From contig JAJPHW010000138.1 of assembly GCA_021325035.1 (NCBI GenBank), positions 6,910 to 70,909 on the forward strand: a DNA stretch of 64,000 nucleotides, given 5' to 3'. This document shows positions 61,094-64,000 of this stretch, one piece after another; positions within the stretch are counted from its first letter, which is position 1; every line of letters starts with the position of its first letter. The notes beneath the pieces are model-generated. The model was given only the letters and a program-made list of their open reading frames with translations. It was not told the DNA's origin and did not search any database. The position numbers were made by a program, and so were the translations under genes. The stretch comes from Terriglobia bacterium (GTDB lineage: Bacteria > Acidobacteriota > Terriglobia > Terriglobales > Acidobacteriaceae).

Positions 61094-61765
61094 ATGAGCA
61101 CCGGTTCTATTCCCCGCATTAATGACACCGCCCCCGACTTTACCGCCGAAACGACGCAAGGTACGATTCATTTTCACGAATGGATCGGCGACGGCTGGGC
61201 GATTCTGTTTTCCCATCCCAAAGACTTCACGCCGGTTTGCACCACTGAGTTGGGCGCAATGGCAGGCCTGCAACCTGAATTTGCCAAACGCAACACAAAG
61301 ATCATCGGATTGAGCGTCGATCCCGTGAGCAGCCACGGCAAATGGGCCGTGGATATCGAAGAAACTCAAGGACACAAAGTCAATTACCCAATGATCGGCG
61401 ATCCGGAGTTAAAGGTGGCGAAACTTTATGGCATGTTGCCAGCGGAGAGCGGTAGCACTTCGGATGGCCGCACTGCAGCCGACAACGCCACGGTTCGTAC
61501 TGTCTTTGTGATTGGCCCGGACAAGAAAGTCAAACTACAACTAAGCTATCCAATGACCACAGGCCGCAACTTTGACGAAATCCTGCGCGTGATTGATTCG
61601 CTTCAGTTGACCGCCAAACACAAAGTGGCAACGCCCGCGAACTGGAAGCAGGGCGATGACGTCATCATCAGCGGATCGGTTTCCAACGAAGATGCGCAGA
61701 AGATTTATCCCAACGGGTGGAAGGCTCCCCGGCCTTATTTGCGCATCGTACCGCAACCCAAATAA
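61094..61765 (+). CDS. 1-Cys peroxiredoxin (Prx6-like)
   Basis: 223-aa ORF with AAGGAGA Shine-Dalgarno and WAILFSHPKDFTPVCTTELG (peroxidatic Cys). Confidence 0.9.
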   Translation: MSTGSIPRINDTAPDFTAETTQGTIHFHEWIGDGWAILFSHPKDFTPVCTTELGAMAGLQPEFAKRNTKIIGLSVDPVSSHGKWAVDIEETQGHKVNYPMIGDPELKVAKLYGMLPAESGSTSDGRTAADNATVRTVFVIGPDKKVKLQLSYPMTTGRNFDEILRVIDSLQLTAKHKVATPANWKQGDDVIISGSVSNEDAQKIYPNGWKAPRPYLRIVPQPK

Positions 61766-61800
61766 CAAGCTGGAGCGGGCGCGCAGCGCCCGCTTAACTC

Positions 61801-63030
61801 ATGGGTCAACATATCGAAACCCAATGCTGCATTGTTGGCGGTGGCCCGGCGGGCATGGTGCTCGCTCTGCTTCTGGCACGCATGGGCGTAGATGTCGTCG
61901 TTCTTGAGAAACATGGCGACTTCCTGCGCGATTTTCGCGGCGATACCATTCATCCTTCCACTCTAGAAATCATGTACGAGCTGGGCATTTTGGATGAATT
62001 CTTAAAACGACCGCATCAGGAAGTACGCGAGGCTTCCGCGCAAATCGGACAGGATACGATTCCGGTCCTCGATTGCAGCCACCTCCCAACACGTTGCAAA
62101 TTCATCGCCCTCATGCCGCAGTGGCATTTTCTCGATTTCATCTCGGAGCAAGCTGAGAAATACCCCGGCTTTCACTTGAAGATGCAGGCCGAAGTCACCG
62201 ATCTGATTCAAGACAACAATCAGGTTCAAGGCGTCAATGCGAAAACGCCCGAAGGGCCGCTCGAAGTTCGTGCCAAGCTCATAGTTGGAGCCGACGGGCG
62301 GCGCTCGGTGGTGCGCGAACGAGCCGGACTTGAAGTCATTCAGATCGGCGCACCGATGGACGTTCTGTGGATGCGCATCAACCGCAATCCTACTGATCCT
62401 AAGCAGAGTCTAGGGCGCATCGATCGCGGCAAGATGATGATCATGATTAACCGTGAAGAATATTGGCAATGTGCTTTTATCATCGCCAAAGGAGCAGCCG
62501 ACGAAATTCGCCAGAAAGGAATTGAGGCGTTCCAGAATTCGATTCTCGAAATTGCACCGTTTCTCGGTGAGCGAGTGAAAGAATTGAGGGATTGGAACGA
62601 CGTCAGCCTGCTGACCGTCGCCGTGGACCGGCTCAAGCACTGGGCAAAGCCCGGGCTTCTTTGTATCGGTGATGCGGCACATGCGATGTCACCGATTGGC
62701 GGTGTGGGAATCAATTTGGCGATTCAGGATGCGGTGGCTACGGCAAATTTGTTGGGCGCGATTCTTTTACAGCGAACGCCCACGCAAGAAGAATTGCAGA
62801 TGGTGCAACGCCGCCGGACTTTCCCGACGGAAGTCACACAGCGCTTTCAAGTCTTTGTGCAGAACAACGTTATTCGACGTGTTCTTGCGTCCGATAAGCC
62901 CATGCGCGCGCCATGGTTTATGAAGCTTTTCGGACGATTGCCTTTTCTCCGGCGAATTCCGGCACGAATGCTGGGCGTCGGCGTTCGGCCGGAGCATGTG
63001 CAAACGCCCGCTAAAGATTTTCCTGAATAA
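61801..63030 (+). CDS. FAD-dependent monooxygenase/oxidoreductase
   Basis: 409-aa ORF with the FAD fingerprint CCIVGGGPAGMVLALLLARMGVDVVVLEK, GADGRRS and GDAAHAMSPIGGVGINLAIQD. Confidence 0.85.
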   Translation: MGQHIETQCCIVGGGPAGMVLALLLARMGVDVVVLEKHGDFLRDFRGDTIHPSTLEIMYELGILDEFLKRPHQEVREASAQIGQDTIPVLDCSHLPTRCKFIALMPQWHFLDFISEQAEKYPGFHLKMQAEVTDLIQDNNQVQGVNAKTPEGPLEVRAKLIVGADGRRSVVRERAGLEVIQIGAPMDVLWMRINRNPTDPKQSLGRIDRGKMMIMINREEYWQCAFIIAKGAADEIRQKGIEAFQNSILEIAPFLGERVKELRDWNDVSLLTVAVDRLKHWAKPGLLCIGDAAHAMSPIGGVGINLAIQDAVATANLLGAILLQRTPTQEELQMVQRRRTFPTEVTQRFQVFVQNNVIRRVLASDKPMRAPWFMKLFGRLPFLRRIPARMLGVGVRPEHVQTPAKDFPE

Positions 63031-63343
63031 ACCTCGGGCTGACGTGCACATCAAGTTGTATCAGCGGCGAATCGCCGACAGCCTTAAAACTATGGATTTC
63101 TCCGGCCTTGATAACGAAGATATCTCCAGCGCCGCCCTCAAACGTCTGGCCATTCACCGTCCAAACGCCGCGGCCCTCGCGGATGAACTGGATTTCGTCA
63201 TACGGATGCCTGTGCGGCCCCGGCCCCGAACCGGGCTTGCCCTGAAATAGAAAAACAGAAACCGGGGCGTCGCCCTGCTGCTCTCCGACAAATTGATGCG
63301 AACTGCCGACAAAGGGCAGATTTTCCTGTCGTATGTGATGCAT
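63011..63343 (-). CDS. Cupin domain protein
   Basis: ATG at 63343 after AGGAGGAAG. Cupin motifs GPGPHRHPYDEIQFI and GDIFVIKAGEIHSF are present. Its 3' end overlaps the convergent monooxygenase gene by 20 nt. Confidence 0.8.
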   Translation of the reverse strand: MHHIRQENLPFVGSSHQFVGEQQGDAPVSVFLFQGKPGSGPGPHRHPYDEIQFIREGRGVWTVNGQTFEGGAGDIFVIKAGEIHSFKAVGDSPLIQLDVHVSPRFIQENL

Positions 63344-63579
63344 TCGCTTCCTCCTTTGAAAATAGATGCGGGGAGTATGACATTGGACGCTGAGAACGGT
63401 GCACCGCTGAATCAAGTAAAGTTATATTGGATTCCATCGCGGAAGCGCATCTGGTCCGGTGATCGGCGCGGTCTTCAAAACCGTCGAGCGGCATCTCTGA
63501 TGTCACTGATGGGTTCGACTCCCATTCGCTTCCGCCAAGCTTCAGGTTGCACTACTCTATACACGGAGGGATTCCCCAC

Positions 63580-64000
63580 GTGACGGCAACGGATATTCAC
63601 AGCGATCTGCTCAAACAATTTGAAACGCGCTCTCTTTCAGCGGATGGAGCCGAGGCTTTGATGCGGCACATTTCCGAGCAACTGCATAAGAATCTGTCAC
63701 GCTACAACTGGGTCGGCTTTTACCTGATGGAAACTTCCGGCAATGCTTTGACTTTGGGGCCCTACGTGGGAAGCTTCGTGCCCACGGTCCGCATTCCGCT
63801 CGATAAGGGGTTGTGCGGCGCCGCGGCAAATTCGCGAGCAACGGTAGTTGTGAATGACGTTTCCAAAGATCCTCGTTACATCGGCTCCGACATCGTGAAA
63901 TCGAACATCGTGGCTCCTATCTTGTTGCATGGAAATGTAGTCGCAGAGCTGGACATTGAAAGCTACTTCACGGACACTTTCGGCCCATCGGAACAAAAAT
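63580..64000 (+). CDS. GAF domain protein (free methionine-R-sulfoxide reductase-like), 3'-truncated by the window end
   Basis: Not in the ORF track because there is no stop in the window. GTG start after GGAGGG. Sequence seen: ...RYNWVGFYLMETSGNALTLGPYVGSFVPTVRIPLDKGLCGAAANSRATVVVNDVSKDPRYIGSDIVKSNIVAPILLHGNVVAELDIES. Confidence 0.7.
   Translation, partial: MTATDIHSDLLKQFETRSLSADGAEALMRHISEQLHKNLSRYNWVGFYLMETSGNALTLGPYVGSFVPTVRIPLDKGLCGAAANSRATVVVNDVSKDPRYIGSDIVKSNIVAPILLHGNVVAELDIESYFTDTFGPSEQK

Noticed and set aside
63011-63030. 20-nt overlap of the convergent monooxygenase and cupin genes as a regulatory antisense arrangement
   Set aside because: Short 3'-end overlaps of convergent genes are common in compact genomes, and nothing else supports a regulatory role.

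Overview
Gene-dense, moderately GC-rich chromosomal segment with about 57 protein-coding genes and 2 tRNAs. I saw no rRNA, CRISPR array, transposase, integrase or phage genes. The gene content points to an Acidobacteriota (Terriglobia-like) genome (inference): a VWFA-related 'acidobacterial' protein, a ~1200-aa CarboxypepD_reg/TonB-dependent receptor, and Gloeo_Verruco/GloVer repeat proteins. Housekeeping blocks are lon, the pyruvate dehydrogenase operon aceE-aceF-lpdA, dps, an aa3-type cytochrome c oxidase operon with ctaB, and a tRNA-Gly/tRNA-Cys pair. The most interesting observations are: (1) A strand-coherent cluster at 43.2-52.0 kb. A signal-peptide protein with a single haem c motif fused to a ~420-aa beta-barrel-like region (Cyc2-like cytochrome-porin architecture) is followed by a dihaem cytochrome c, a cupredoxin with an amicyanin-type C-x2-H-x2-M loop, and coxB-coxA-coxC-coxC-coxD-ctaB. 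This order resembles the Acidithiobacillus ferrooxidans rus Fe(II)-oxidation operon. (2) Two tandem paralogues in which a cytoplasmic receiver (REC-like) domain is joined through a central TM helix to a periplasmic TonB C-terminal domain. (3) Two diverged secreted beta-propeller paralogues whose ~135-nt upstream blocks are nearly identical. Each block carries a poly-G tract (10 vs 11 G) between a TTGACA and a TAATTT hexamer, so phase variation is possible. (4) Lesions in two core genes: a 1-nt homopolymer frameshift near the 3' end of lon and an in-frame TAA inside aceE. (5) A MoaD-MoaE fusion translationally coupled to a VWA gene. (6) A family of CCCACCC...GGGTGGG palindromes in intergenic regions. 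All functional calls rest on motif recognition by eye; I ran no database search.
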